Shown here piece after piece: positions 17,827 to 33,335 of a stretch of DNA of 64,000 nt; the first letter of the stretch is position 1, and each line of letters starts with the position of its first letter. Under the pieces are notes generated by a model that had not been told where the DNA came from, made no database searches, and saw only the letters and a program-made list of their open reading frames with translations. The position numbers and the translations under genes are program-made. Source of the DNA: an uncultured Actinomyces sp. (GTDB lineage: Bacteria > Actinomycetota > Actinomycetes > Actinomycetales > Actinomycetaceae). The stretch covers positions 20,500 to 84,499 of the forward strand of contig CABKMD010000001.1 in NCBI GenBank assembly GCA_902373435.1. The letters are read 5' to 3'.

Positions 17827-19509
17827 GTGCGAGTTGTAGTTGTCGGAGGAGTCGCGGGTGGTATGAGTGCGGCGGCACGTCTGCGCAGACGCGATGAGGG
17901 TGCCGAGATCATCGTGTTGGAGCGCAGCAAATACGTGTCATTCGCGAACTGCGGGCTCCCGTACTACGTTGGCGGCGAGATCGAAGACCCCGCCAGGCTC
18001 CTCCTCCACACCCCGCAATCTCTCAAGGCTGCGCTGAACCTCGACGTGCGCATCAACTCCGAGGTCACGGCGATCAACCCCGGCGCGCACAGCCTCCAGG
18101 TCACTGACACTGAGACCGCTGAGGCCTACGCGCTCACCTACGATTACCTAATCCTCTCCCCGGGCGGCCTCGCGAGCCTGCCCCCAATCGACGGCCTCGA
18201 TTCCCCGCGCGTGCACACGCTGCGCACGGTTGACGATGCCCTCGCCCTGCGCGAGGCCTCGGGCACGCACGCCGTTGTCCTCGGCGCCGGGTTCATCGGC
18301 ATCGAGGCCACCGAAGCGCTCGCACAGCGAGGCTTCGAAACCCACCTTGTCGAGTGTGCCGAGCACGTCCTGCCACCCCTCGAAGTCGAGATGGCCACGC
18401 TGGTCACGCAGGAGCTGCGCGCTCTTGGCATTCACGTTCACGCCGGCGTTGCGGCCCAGTCCGTCATCCACGGCGTCGACAACGACTCTGTGACGCTCTC
18501 CGACGGCACCGTCCTGACCACCGATGTCATCGTCCTGTCGACCGGTGTGTGCCCTGACACCGCCTTCGCCGAGGCCGCGGGCATCGAGACCAGCCGCGGC
18601 TACATCCTTGTTGATGAGCATGGGCGTACCAGCGTGGACGACATCTACGCGGTCGGCGACGGCACGATGGGTCGCGACCACGACCGCCCCGTCGCCCTGG
18701 CCGGACCCGCAAACCGCGGGGGACGCCTCGTCGCTGACGCTATTGCCGACGCCGAACAAGGCGAGGCCGCCGCGCGCCCCATCCCGAAGCCTCAGGGCAC
18801 CGCGATCGTTCGGATCGGCGGACTTACCGCCGCCATGACCGGCGCTAACCGCCAGGCCCTCGATGCCTCGGGCGCGGAGTACTTTACGGTGCACACGCAC
18901 GCTAACCAGCACGCGGGCTATTTCCCCGGCGCCAAGCCCGTGCACATCCTCATGCATGTCGGCACCGGCGGACAGATTCTCGGCGCGCAAGCCGTGGGCA
19001 CCGACGGTGTGGACCGCCGCATCGACGTCATTGCGACCGCCATGCGGGCCGGCCTGAAGGCGACGGATCTCATCGACCTGGACCTCGCCTACGCCCCGCC
19101 CTACGGCCAGGCCAAGGACCCCGTCAACCAGACCGGAATGGTCGCGCACAACGTGCTGACCGGCGAGCTCGTCCTCACCGGTCCGGACGCCCTGACCGTG
19201 GACATGCCAGTCCTCGACGTACGCACGGTGGGGGAATACGTGGCCGGGCACATGCCGAACTCCCTGAACATTCCGCACACCCAGCTGCGCGACCGCCTCG
19301 ATGAAGTCCGCTCTTGGGTCGATGAGAAGGTCGGAGACCAGCCTTTCGTTGTCATGTGCGCGGCGGGCGTGCGCTCTTGGATTGGCTACCGCATCGTGCG
19401 CCACGCGGGCTTTAACGTCACCATGCTGTCGGGCGGCATTCAGACGCTGCGCGCATGGCTCGGAGAGAAGGCCGAGGCCGTTCTCGTCATGGGGGAGGGG
19501 CGCTCATGA
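17827..19509 (+). CDS. CoA-disulfide reductase with a C-terminal rhodanese domain (CoADR-RHD, a CoA-persulfide-reductase type).
   Basis: Rossmann motif VVVVGGVAGG, CoADR redox Cys in SFANCGLPYY, and a C-terminal rhodanese with active Cys in CAAGVRS. GTG 17827 was chosen so the protein begins at the FAD-binding motif. Confidence 0.8.
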   Translation: MRVVVVGGVAGGMSAAARLRRRDEGAEIIVLERSKYVSFANCGLPYYVGGEIEDPARLLLHTPQSLKAALNLDVRINSEVTAINPGAHSLQVTDTETAEAYALTYDYLILSPGGLASLPPIDGLDSPRVHTLRTVDDALALREASGTHAVVLGAGFIGIEATEALAQRGFETHLVECAEHVLPPLEVEMATLVTQELRALGIHVHAGVAAQSVIHGVDNDSVTLSDGTVLTTDVIVLSTGVCPDTAFAEAAGIETSRGYILVDEHGRTSVDDIYAVGDGTMGRDHDRPVALAGPANRGGRLVADAIADAEQGEAAARPIPKPQGTAIVRIGGLTAAMTGANRQALDASGAEYFTVHTHANQHAGYFPGAKPVHILMHVGTGGQILGAQAVGTDGVDRRIDVIATAMRAGLKATDLIDLDLAYAPPYGQAKDPVNQTGMVAHNVLTGELVLTGPDALTVDMPVLDVRTVGEYVAGHMPNSLNIPHTQLRDRLDEVRSWVDEKVGDQPFVVMCAAGVRSWIGYRIVRHAGFNVTMLSGGIQTLRAWLGEKAEAVLVMGEGRS

Positions 19510-19811
19510 CGACGCGCAAGCAGGTTGTCAATCGCCTCAAGCGTGCTCGCGGGCAGCTCGACAGCCTCATCGACCACATCGAGAGTGGAGATGCGAACTG
19601 TCGGGACGTGCTGACTCAATTCGCGGCCGTTAACTCCGCGATGAAACGCGCTAGCTACCTCGCGGTTGCGACGATCATGTCGCAGTGCGCGATCGAGGAT
19701 TCCATCCTCGAAAACGATGATGCGCCGACACCCGAAGCGGAAGAATCTCTAGTCAAAACCGGGAGCATCTCGATCGAAGAACTCGAGCAATTGTTCCTCC
19801 GGCTAGGCTGA
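19506..19811 (+). CDS. CsoR/RcnR/CstR-family (DUF156) transcriptional repressor. The two-Cys pattern without the CsoR His suggests a persulfide-sensing CstR-like member rather than a Cu sensor.
   Basis: Four-helix-bundle family signature RLKRARGQLDSLIDHIESGDANCRDVLTQ. Cys residues sit in ANCRD and SQCAIE. The ATG overlaps the upstream TGA (ATGA). Confidence 0.8.
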   Translation: MTTRKQVVNRLKRARGQLDSLIDHIESGDANCRDVLTQFAAVNSAMKRASYLAVATIMSQCAIEDSILENDDAPTPEAEESLVKTGSISIEELEQLFLRLG

Positions 19812-19906
19812 TGCGACAAAGCAATCAGCCCGCCTAGAAAAACCTCATCACACCATGCAGCGGATCCGTTGATGGATTCGAGGCCCGATCAACGAAGGAG
19901 ACAATC

Positions 19907-20086
19907 ATGTGTCGACCCACTACCTGTGAAGTATGCGGAAAGACCACCTGGAAAGGCTGCGGCAAGCACATCGACTCGGTGAGGGAACAAGTGCCCCCGG
20001 AGCAGTGGTGCGATAAGGACCATACCGAAGAGGAGTGCGCCGCCGCCAAGAAGAAACGCGGTTTCTTCGGTAGCCTCTGCAGCTAG
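19907..20086 (+). CDS. Unlisted 59-aa cysteine-rich small protein (7 Cys, 3 His): MCRPTTCEVCGKTTWKGCGKHIDSVREQVPPEQWCDKDHTEEECAAAKKKRGFFGSLCS.
   Basis: Strong RBS aaggag 7 nt upstream of ATG 19907. It is an open frame of 59 codons with coding-like codon usage. It is below the 60-aa cutoff of the ORF track. Confidence 0.5.
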   Translation: MCRPTTCEVCGKTTWKGCGKHIDSVREQVPPEQWCDKDHTEEECAAAKKKRGFFGSLCS

Positions 20087-20250
20087 CCCTCGGCCCTTCT
20101 GGCATCGTCGCGGACCGTGCATGTCTTGATCTCCGACATATAGATTGATTGATCAACTTACCTTCTCTTTCGTCGGTAGAATCAAGCCAATTCTTCCCTT
20201 CTATTTGGACGTTTTCCCGGCGTCCGTGCCGCCGAAGGATGGGTTTGATC

Positions 20251-23200
20251 ATGCATCATCAACACACTCGAGTGCGTTCTGCCTCGATTCGAAAGCTATT
20301 TCTTACCGCTTTGCTCACCGGCGCGCTTGTGTGCGGAACAGGTTTAGCTCCAGCTCTAGCAGAGCCGGCCTCTCCCACTCCCTCTTCCGAGGCCTCGGCG
20401 ACCACAGGAGCAGAAGCGTCCCAGGAAGCTCACGGAGTGGAAGCACCCCAGTCGACCAGCGAGGCCTCTCCTCTGCCGTCCGCCCCCAGCGGTCAGGACC
20501 GGGCGGCTCGCGGAGCGGCTGCCTCGTCGGATATGACCCTGACCAATGAACGCAATACGACGGATGTTGTCATTGAACTTCCCGAGGGCGAAGCTGGCAA
20601 AGAACTCCGCGAGAGTGCGGATACCGTGCACCTGCGCGCAACCATGAGCTACCGCGGGAAAGTGACGCGTGAAATTGATCAGCGGATCTCATTGAAGGAC
20701 TTCACTGACGACTACTACATTCTCGACTTCAAGAACTTTGGGAAGTTCACTGTCGAACTTTCGACCGAGAAAAACGGGGCGGTAGTCCGTAAATTCCCAA
20801 AGCGTACAGTCGGCGTGACCGCGGATAGCTACGTGCTTGCTCCAGTCAGTGCGACACTTCCCGTTGCGATGTTTTCGCTGAACCTTTGGGGTAAGGATTC
20901 AGTTCGGAAAATCGGCCCTGTCATCGCCATGTTCGAGCGTCCCAATGCTTATGACTGGAATGCGCTGCCCGGCCCAACTGCTGAAGAGCATGGAGTTTAT
21001 GCGCTTCCTTACCTGACTGAGCGTGAGAACGCGTTCCAGCCAGGCGGTTTCGACGAGGCCGCGCAGCAGTTCCGTGATCGCATCGACGTTTTTGCTGATT
21101 ACGTGCGTGATTTGCGTGAGTTGGATCCTTCTTCTGATTTCCACCTCTACTCGGTCGATATGTTCCCCAATATGGTCCAGAAGGTCATCTACGCGAATCG
21201 GATCCCTCAAGACCAATACACGATCAATCTCATGACCGATGGGGCGTATTCCTACGTGAAGTTTGCCGATCTCTATCAGGGATCAAACCCGCGAGGAACG
21301 CACGAGCGCTTGCTTCGTGAGTGGAAAGAAATGAAGGAACACGCCTACGCCAATGGGCGTGCTGATGCGAAGGCCTCCGAGCAGTGGAGCACAGCTGACT
21401 ATTTGTGGGCACTGGTCGATTCTGAGCCGAATGCGCACTGGTGGCTGGCTCGCCCGAAGCTTTTGAGTACTTCGGGAGATGGGAATGCTTTTGCAACCCA
21501 GGTTCAAAAGTCGCCGAAGGTTCGCGGCGTTAATATCTCTCAGCTGCTGAGCGCGAATATCAAGCCCTCGAAGGAAGCGACCGAGCAGTTTAAGGCCCTC
21601 TATAACTTCAACGATGGGTACTTCAGTGCCGCGGAACGTGAGGGCAAGGACGTCCTTCTGCTTCTTGGAACGATTCATCCCAATGAACAGGGCTTCGAAG
21701 ACTATGCCCGCTTTACGAAGAGCTACTACGGGGATCGCTACGCCTACTACTACAAGGGGCACCCAGCGACGCCCACGGAAATGTCAGTTCCCAAGCAAGA
21801 ACAACTCAAGCGTCTGGGAATGGATGATGTCGATGCCTCCATTGCGGCGGAATTGATTCTGTTCTTTAACCCGGGAATTGATATTGCCGGTTATCAGTCC
21901 TCAACTTTTGAGTCGACCCAGCCTGGGCGCTCGAAGGGAGTGTTTAACTACACCAAGGGTGAAGCTATGGCTAAGGCCGATTCGCCCTACCGTGACCTCG
22001 ACTTCTGGATCGTCCCGATCGATCGGGCGTGGGACCAGCTGAAGCGCTTGTGTCCAGGTGGACACAGCTGCTACCAGGTGGAGTTCTCTGACCAGATTGC
22101 CGCGCGCGAAGGTTATACACACGCGCTGTGGGATGCCACTGATTCTGTCATCGTCTACTACAAGAAACAGGGGGATCGTTTCGAGAAGGTCCGCAGTCAA
22201 GATGCGATTGGTGAAAAGTCCTCGGTAGAGCCGGGGGAGTACTTCATTAAGTCAGCGCTCGCGGATCACCTGGTTCTGGATGTTCCCGGTGCTAGCCGTG
22301 ATAATGGCGCGAATGTCCAGCTGTGGGACGCGAATCGAAGCGATGCCCAGAAGTGGCGTGTTTCTTATGATTCGCAAGGACTTGCGACCATCACCAATGT
22401 GGCCTCGGGTAAGGTGCTTGATGCCCAATGGGGGTCCTCGCGTCCTGGGACCAACGTTGACCAGTGGAGTTCTAACGGTACGCGCGCGCAGAAGTGGCGC
22501 ATCACTTCGGACGATCAGGGCCGAGTGAAGATCGTCTCCGCTTTGGATCCCGCAATCGTTTTGGATGTTGCAGCGGCCAATGCTTCAGCGGGAGCGAATG
22601 TCGGCCTGTGGAATGCAAATGGCTCTGATGCTCAGGCATTTTCATTCATTCCGACTCATCCCAAGGTTTCCTCCGCGGGTCAGGCAGATATCACCCCCGG
22701 TTACTACGAGCTAGCAAGCGTCGTTGATCCCACGAAGGGGATCGATCTGAAAGACTTCGCGATGAACAACGGGGCTCGGCTTCAGCTGTGGGGTTCAAGC
22801 AAGACCGATAATCAGATCTGGAAAATTAGCCGTGAATCTGATGGCTTCTACCGATTGGTGAATACCTGGTCGAATAAGTCCTTGGATTCCACTGATGGCA
22901 CTCCGATTCCCGGTACTGAGCTCCAGTTGTGGGACACGGACATGTCCAATGCGAACCAGAAGTGGGCAATCTTCTCGGTGACGGGAGGGGCGTATATGCT
23001 CCGCAACGTCGGGACCGGTCTGGTTGTCAATCTTCGCTGGGGACAGGCGCGTAATGGTATGGCTATTGACGGCTACCTGGCCAATGGAACAACCTCTCAG
23101 CAGTGGCGTCTGAACCCGGTTCAAGGGCCCCAAGAGATCCTGGATCAGTGGGCGAAGGAAAACCGCAACTTGGTTCCTGATGGTGAGTATCAGATCCGTC

Positions 23201-23601
23201 CGGTTGTCGCCCCGAATAATCGTGTCGAGGTCCAATGGGCATCTCGGGACGCGGGAGCTCGCGTCTGGTCTTTCCAGTCCAACGGAAGTGCGGCACAGAA
23301 GTGGCGTATCAGTCACGACGACAAGGGCTACGTGACCTTGACCAACGTGGCTTCTGGGAAAGTCTTGGATGTCTTCGCGGCGTGGAAGAACTGGCCGGCT
23401 CGGGTCAATCAGCAGCCCTCGAACTCCTCCGCGGCTCAAAAGTGGGTCATCCAAGAGCGAGGCGGCCATAAAGTTCTTGTTTCGGCACTCTCGCCCATGT
23501 TGGTCCTTGATCTTGAAGGTGGGCGTAGCCAGAACGAAACAACGGTTCACCTCTATCAGGACAATGGAAGTTCGGCCCAGCGCTTTGATTTCCTGAAGTA
23601 G
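20251..23601 (+). CDS. Secreted multidomain protein. It has a signal peptide, a GT80-like bacterial sialyltransferase / trans-sialidase-like domain, and four ricin-B (QxW)3 beta-trefoil lectin repeats.
   Basis: Signal peptide LFLTALLTGALVCGTGLAPALA. Sialyltransferase signature motifs are INLMTDGAYSYV (D/E-D/E-G-type) and YYKGHP (HP motif). There are repeated ...QLWD.N.S.AQKWR... ricin-B modules from about aa 700. GC is lower than in core genes. Confidence 0.7.
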   Translation: MHHQHTRVRSASIRKLFLTALLTGALVCGTGLAPALAEPASPTPSSEASATTGAEASQEAHGVEAPQSTSEASPLPSAPSGQDRAARGAAASSDMTLTNERNTTDVVIELPEGEAGKELRESADTVHLRATMSYRGKVTREIDQRISLKDFTDDYYILDFKNFGKFTVELSTEKNGAVVRKFPKRTVGVTADSYVLAPVSATLPVAMFSLNLWGKDSVRKIGPVIAMFERPNAYDWNALPGPTAEEHGVYALPYLTERENAFQPGGFDEAAQQFRDRIDVFADYVRDLRELDPSSDFHLYSVDMFPNMVQKVIYANRIPQDQYTINLMTDGAYSYVKFADLYQGSNPRGTHERLLREWKEMKEHAYANGRADAKASEQWSTADYLWALVDSEPNAHWWLARPKLLSTSGDGNAFATQVQKSPKVRGVNISQLLSANIKPSKEATEQFKALYNFNDGYFSAAEREGKDVLLLLGTIHPNEQGFEDYARFTKSYYGDRYAYYYKGHPATPTEMSVPKQEQLKRLGMDDVDASIAAELILFFNPGIDIAGYQSSTFESTQPGRSKGVFNYTKGEAMAKADSPYRDLDFWIVPIDRAWDQLKRLCPGGHSCYQVEFSDQIAAREGYTHALWDATDSVIVYYKKQGDRFEKVRSQDAIGEKSSVEPGEYFIKSALADHLVLDVPGASRDNGANVQLWDANRSDAQKWRVSYDSQGLATITNVASGKVLDAQWGSSRPGTNVDQWSSNGTRAQKWRITSDDQGRVKIVSALDPAIVLDVAAANASAGANVGLWNANGSDAQAFSFIPTHPKVSSAGQADITPGYYELASVVDPTKGIDLKDFAMNNGARLQLWGSSKTDNQIWKISRESDGFYRLVNTWSNKSLDSTDGTPIPGTELQLWDTDMSNANQKWAIFSVTGGAYMLRNVGTGLVVNLRWGQARNGMAIDGYLANGTTSQQWRLNPVQGPQEILDQWAKENRNLVPDGEYQIRPVVAPNNRVEVQWASRDAGARVWSFQSNGSAAQKWRISHDDKGYVTLTNVASGKVLDVFAAWKNWPARVNQQPSNSSAAQKWVIQERGGHKVLVSALSPMLVLDLEGGRSQNETTVHLYQDNGSSAQRFDFLK

Positions 23602-23690
23602 TCAGCTGCTCAGCCAAAAGATTGGGGTGCGTTCGCGTCACTATGCGCGAGCGCACCCCTGTTCGTTGTACGTATCCCGAGCGACGAGGC

Positions 23691-24377
23691 CTACGGCAAT
23701 CTCCAGTCCACCGGCGTTGCCCCCTGCTTCTCAAGGAGAGTATTCGCGCGGGAGAAGGGGCGTGAGCCAAAGAAGCCGCGGCGCGCTGACAGGGGAGAGG
23801 GGTGCGCAGACTCGATGACTGGCGTGGATCCCAATTGCTCGCGCAGAGATTGCGCGTCGCGCCCCCACAAAATTGCGACCAGGGGCAGCGGGTTCCCGGA
23901 TGCGTCCCTACGGTTCACCAAAGCGTCAATTGCGCAGGAGGTGACTTCCTCCCAGCCCATCTTTCGATGGGAACCGGCCTGTCCGGGCCTGACCGTCAGT
24001 ACCCTGTTGAGCAGGCATACTCCCTGACGAGACCACGGCCGCAGGTCGCCGCTGGTTGGCATGGGAATGCCAAGGTCGGTGGAGAGCTCCTTGAAGATAT
24101 TGCGCAGCGAGGCCGGGAAAGGAATGCCGGGAGCAACCGAGAAACTCAGCCCAATAGCATGGCCGGGAGTGGGGTAGGGGTCCTGCCCGACAATGAGGAC
24201 CTTCACCTGGTCAAGAGGATAGGTAAAGGCTCTCAAGACATCGCTACCGGCGGGAAGATAGCCGTGCCCGGCCTCGATCTCGCGGCGCAACTGAACTCCC
24301 AATTCATGGATTTTTCCCTCAACCGGTGCCAGCGCCCGCGCCCAGGAGGGATCGATAACCGTATCCAAAGATTCCAC
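23691..24377 (-). CDS. ung: Uracil-DNA glycosylase (family 1 UNG).
   Basis: Motifs [10 protein letters not shown] (water-activating loop), GVCLLN, and AHPSPLSA (HPSPLS leucine loop). Confidence 0.9.
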   Translation of the reverse strand: MESLDTVIDPSWARALAPVEGKIHELGVQLRREIEAGHGYLPAGSDVLRAFTYPLDQVKVLIVGQDPYPTPGHAIGLSFSVAPGIPFPASLRNIFKELSTDLGIPMPTSGDLRPWSRQGVCLLNRVLTVRPGQAGSHRKMGWEEVTSCAIDALVNRRDASGNPLPLVAILWGRDAQSLREQLGSTPVIESAHPSPLSARRGFFGSRPFSRANTLLEKQGATPVDWRLP

Positions 24378-24546
24378 GCACCTACTGTAACCTCAGGCAC
24401 GCCCAGCCACGGCCTCGACAATGGGAGGCGTTCAGGGAAATCTAAGGCACGCGGGCAGGGACTATGCGGGAGCGGCGGTATTTCGCTACTCTGAAGCCGT
24501 GACTTCACAGTATCCAAAGGACGAATTTGACCGCGCCGGCGAAGAC

Positions 24547-25077
24547 ATGCCCCAGGGCATGCACCTTCAGCAGCCCTCGCGATGGAAGAGCGTATGGCCT
24601 TTCCTTGCAGTGCTGGTGATCGTTCCCGCTGCCGCGTGGGGGATCAGCCACATCCTGACTTCGGGCGGTGCCCAGCAGAAGACGACCACAAGCGTCTCCA
24701 CGACCGCTGCAACGACCCAGGCCCCCGCCGCCTCTGCGACTACCGAGGCCACCCAGACTCCTTCCGCGGCCCCGACGACCAGTGAGACTCCTTCTCCTTC
24801 GCCGTCGATTCCCGTGCGTCACTCCGCGAAGATTTCCGTTCTGAACGGAACCGGAACACAGGGACTGGCAGCGCAGAAGGTTTCCGCGCTTTCCTCCGCG
24901 GGCTTTGACGGTGCCACTGCAGCGAACGCGCGCGGTTGGGATACCGAAGTAACGACCGTTTACTACGAGGATCCAAACCTCAAGGCCACTGCTGAAGAGG
25001 TCGCGAAGGTCCTTGGAATCAGCCGCGTGCAGCAGACGCAGACCGGCGACCCGGATGTCGTTGTCGTTCTGAAGTAA
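24547..25077 (+). CDS. Membrane-anchored LytR_C (LytR/CpsA/Psr C-terminal) domain protein with a Thr/Ala/Ser-rich linker.
   Basis: N-terminal TM helix, low-complexity linker, and a C-terminal ISVLNGTG...GFDGAT...VVVL domain pattern. Confidence 0.6.
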   Translation: MPQGMHLQQPSRWKSVWPFLAVLVIVPAAAWGISHILTSGGAQQKTTTSVSTTAATTQAPAASATTEATQTPSAAPTTSETPSPSPSIPVRHSAKISVLNGTGTQGLAAQKVSALSSAGFDGATAANARGWDTEVTTVYYEDPNLKATAEEVAKVLGISRVQQTQTGDPDVVVVLK

Positions 25078-25143
25078 CGTTTATTAGCCGCTGAGCAAGG
25101 CTCGTGTTGCGCTGAAGGTGAGAGTTCGCGTTACACTTTCAGA

Positions 25144-25220
25144 GCCCCAATAGCTCAGTCGGTCAGAGCAGCGGACTCATAATCCGTGGGTCGTCGGTTC
25201 AAGCCCGACTTGGGGCACCA
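25144..25220 (+). tRNA. tRNA-Met (anticodon CAT). An elongator-type acceptor stem is present. It could alternatively be the lysidine-modified tRNA-Ile2.
   Basis: Acceptor stem gccccaa/ttggggc, anticodon loop ctcataa, T-loop ggttcaagccc, encoded CCA. Length 77 nt. Confidence 0.85.
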
Positions 25221-25474
25221 CCACCCAAGCCCGGGTTCCGCCGCCCGTCGCACCTGACGAACGAGCTGGCCACGGCCTCGCCCCGTGAAACCCTGCACAT
25301 ATCACACGCTGCCTTGACTCGCGATGCGACTCACGGTAGCCTGAGTAGTTGCGCCTTATCATGCCCGAGGTGACACGTATCCAGCCGTTGTAACAGGCGC
25401 TTGACGGACCAGGACGCGTCAGATAATGGGTGATAAGGCAGCGTGCGCACCGTTAATGCAGGGAAGGATCCCCT

Positions 25475-28951
<3,477 letters not shown>

Positions 28952-28966
28952 TAGGGAGAGATAACT

Positions 28967-32869
<3,903 letters not shown>

Positions 32870-32886
32870 TCGGGATCGTTCACCCG

Positions 32887-32948
32887 TGGGGCCCCGAACT
32901 CGTCCGTGAGAACGCGACGAGGCCGGGGCCCTTGTCGTATCTGTTTGC
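32887..32948 (+). terminator. Long imperfect GC-rich stem-loop (ggggccccgaactcgtc...gacgaggccggggccc) followed by a T-rich stretch, downstream of rpoC.
   Basis: Inverted repeat read directly. The T-tract is weak. Confidence 0.4.
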
Positions 32949-33335
32949 TCGCCCTGAGCGCACCGGGGATGTCTCACGGCGATAGGTACAACGAGTTCGA
33001 CATCGATAGATCCGCTCAGGATCCAGCCGACTGCTGAGCAGCCCCAGCCTGCTTCTGGTAAGAGCACTGAGGGCAGTAAGTGTGCCAGCACCGGTGCGAA
33101 CATCGGCGAAGCCCGCGGGGCGCCAGCGTGCCCACCCTGACAGATTATGCGCGCAATTCGACAGAACGCACGAGGTCCCAGCTCAAGGGGCCGACCGTGC
33201 GGTTGAATAGGTGGTGGTTCCCATCTGCCCTCGGGTCTGCGGCGACCCATGTCTATGGAGACACAAAAGAGGATGGTAAGGGAGCTGATCTGGCTCTGGG
33301 ATGCAGGGTTTCGGAACTGAAAGAGGACATCAACA

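Noticed and set aside
18148-19404. 418-aa minus-strand ORF opposite the CoADR-rhodanese gene.
   Set aside because: It is antisense to a well-supported oxidoreductase gene and the translation is Gly/Arg/Asp-rich noise.
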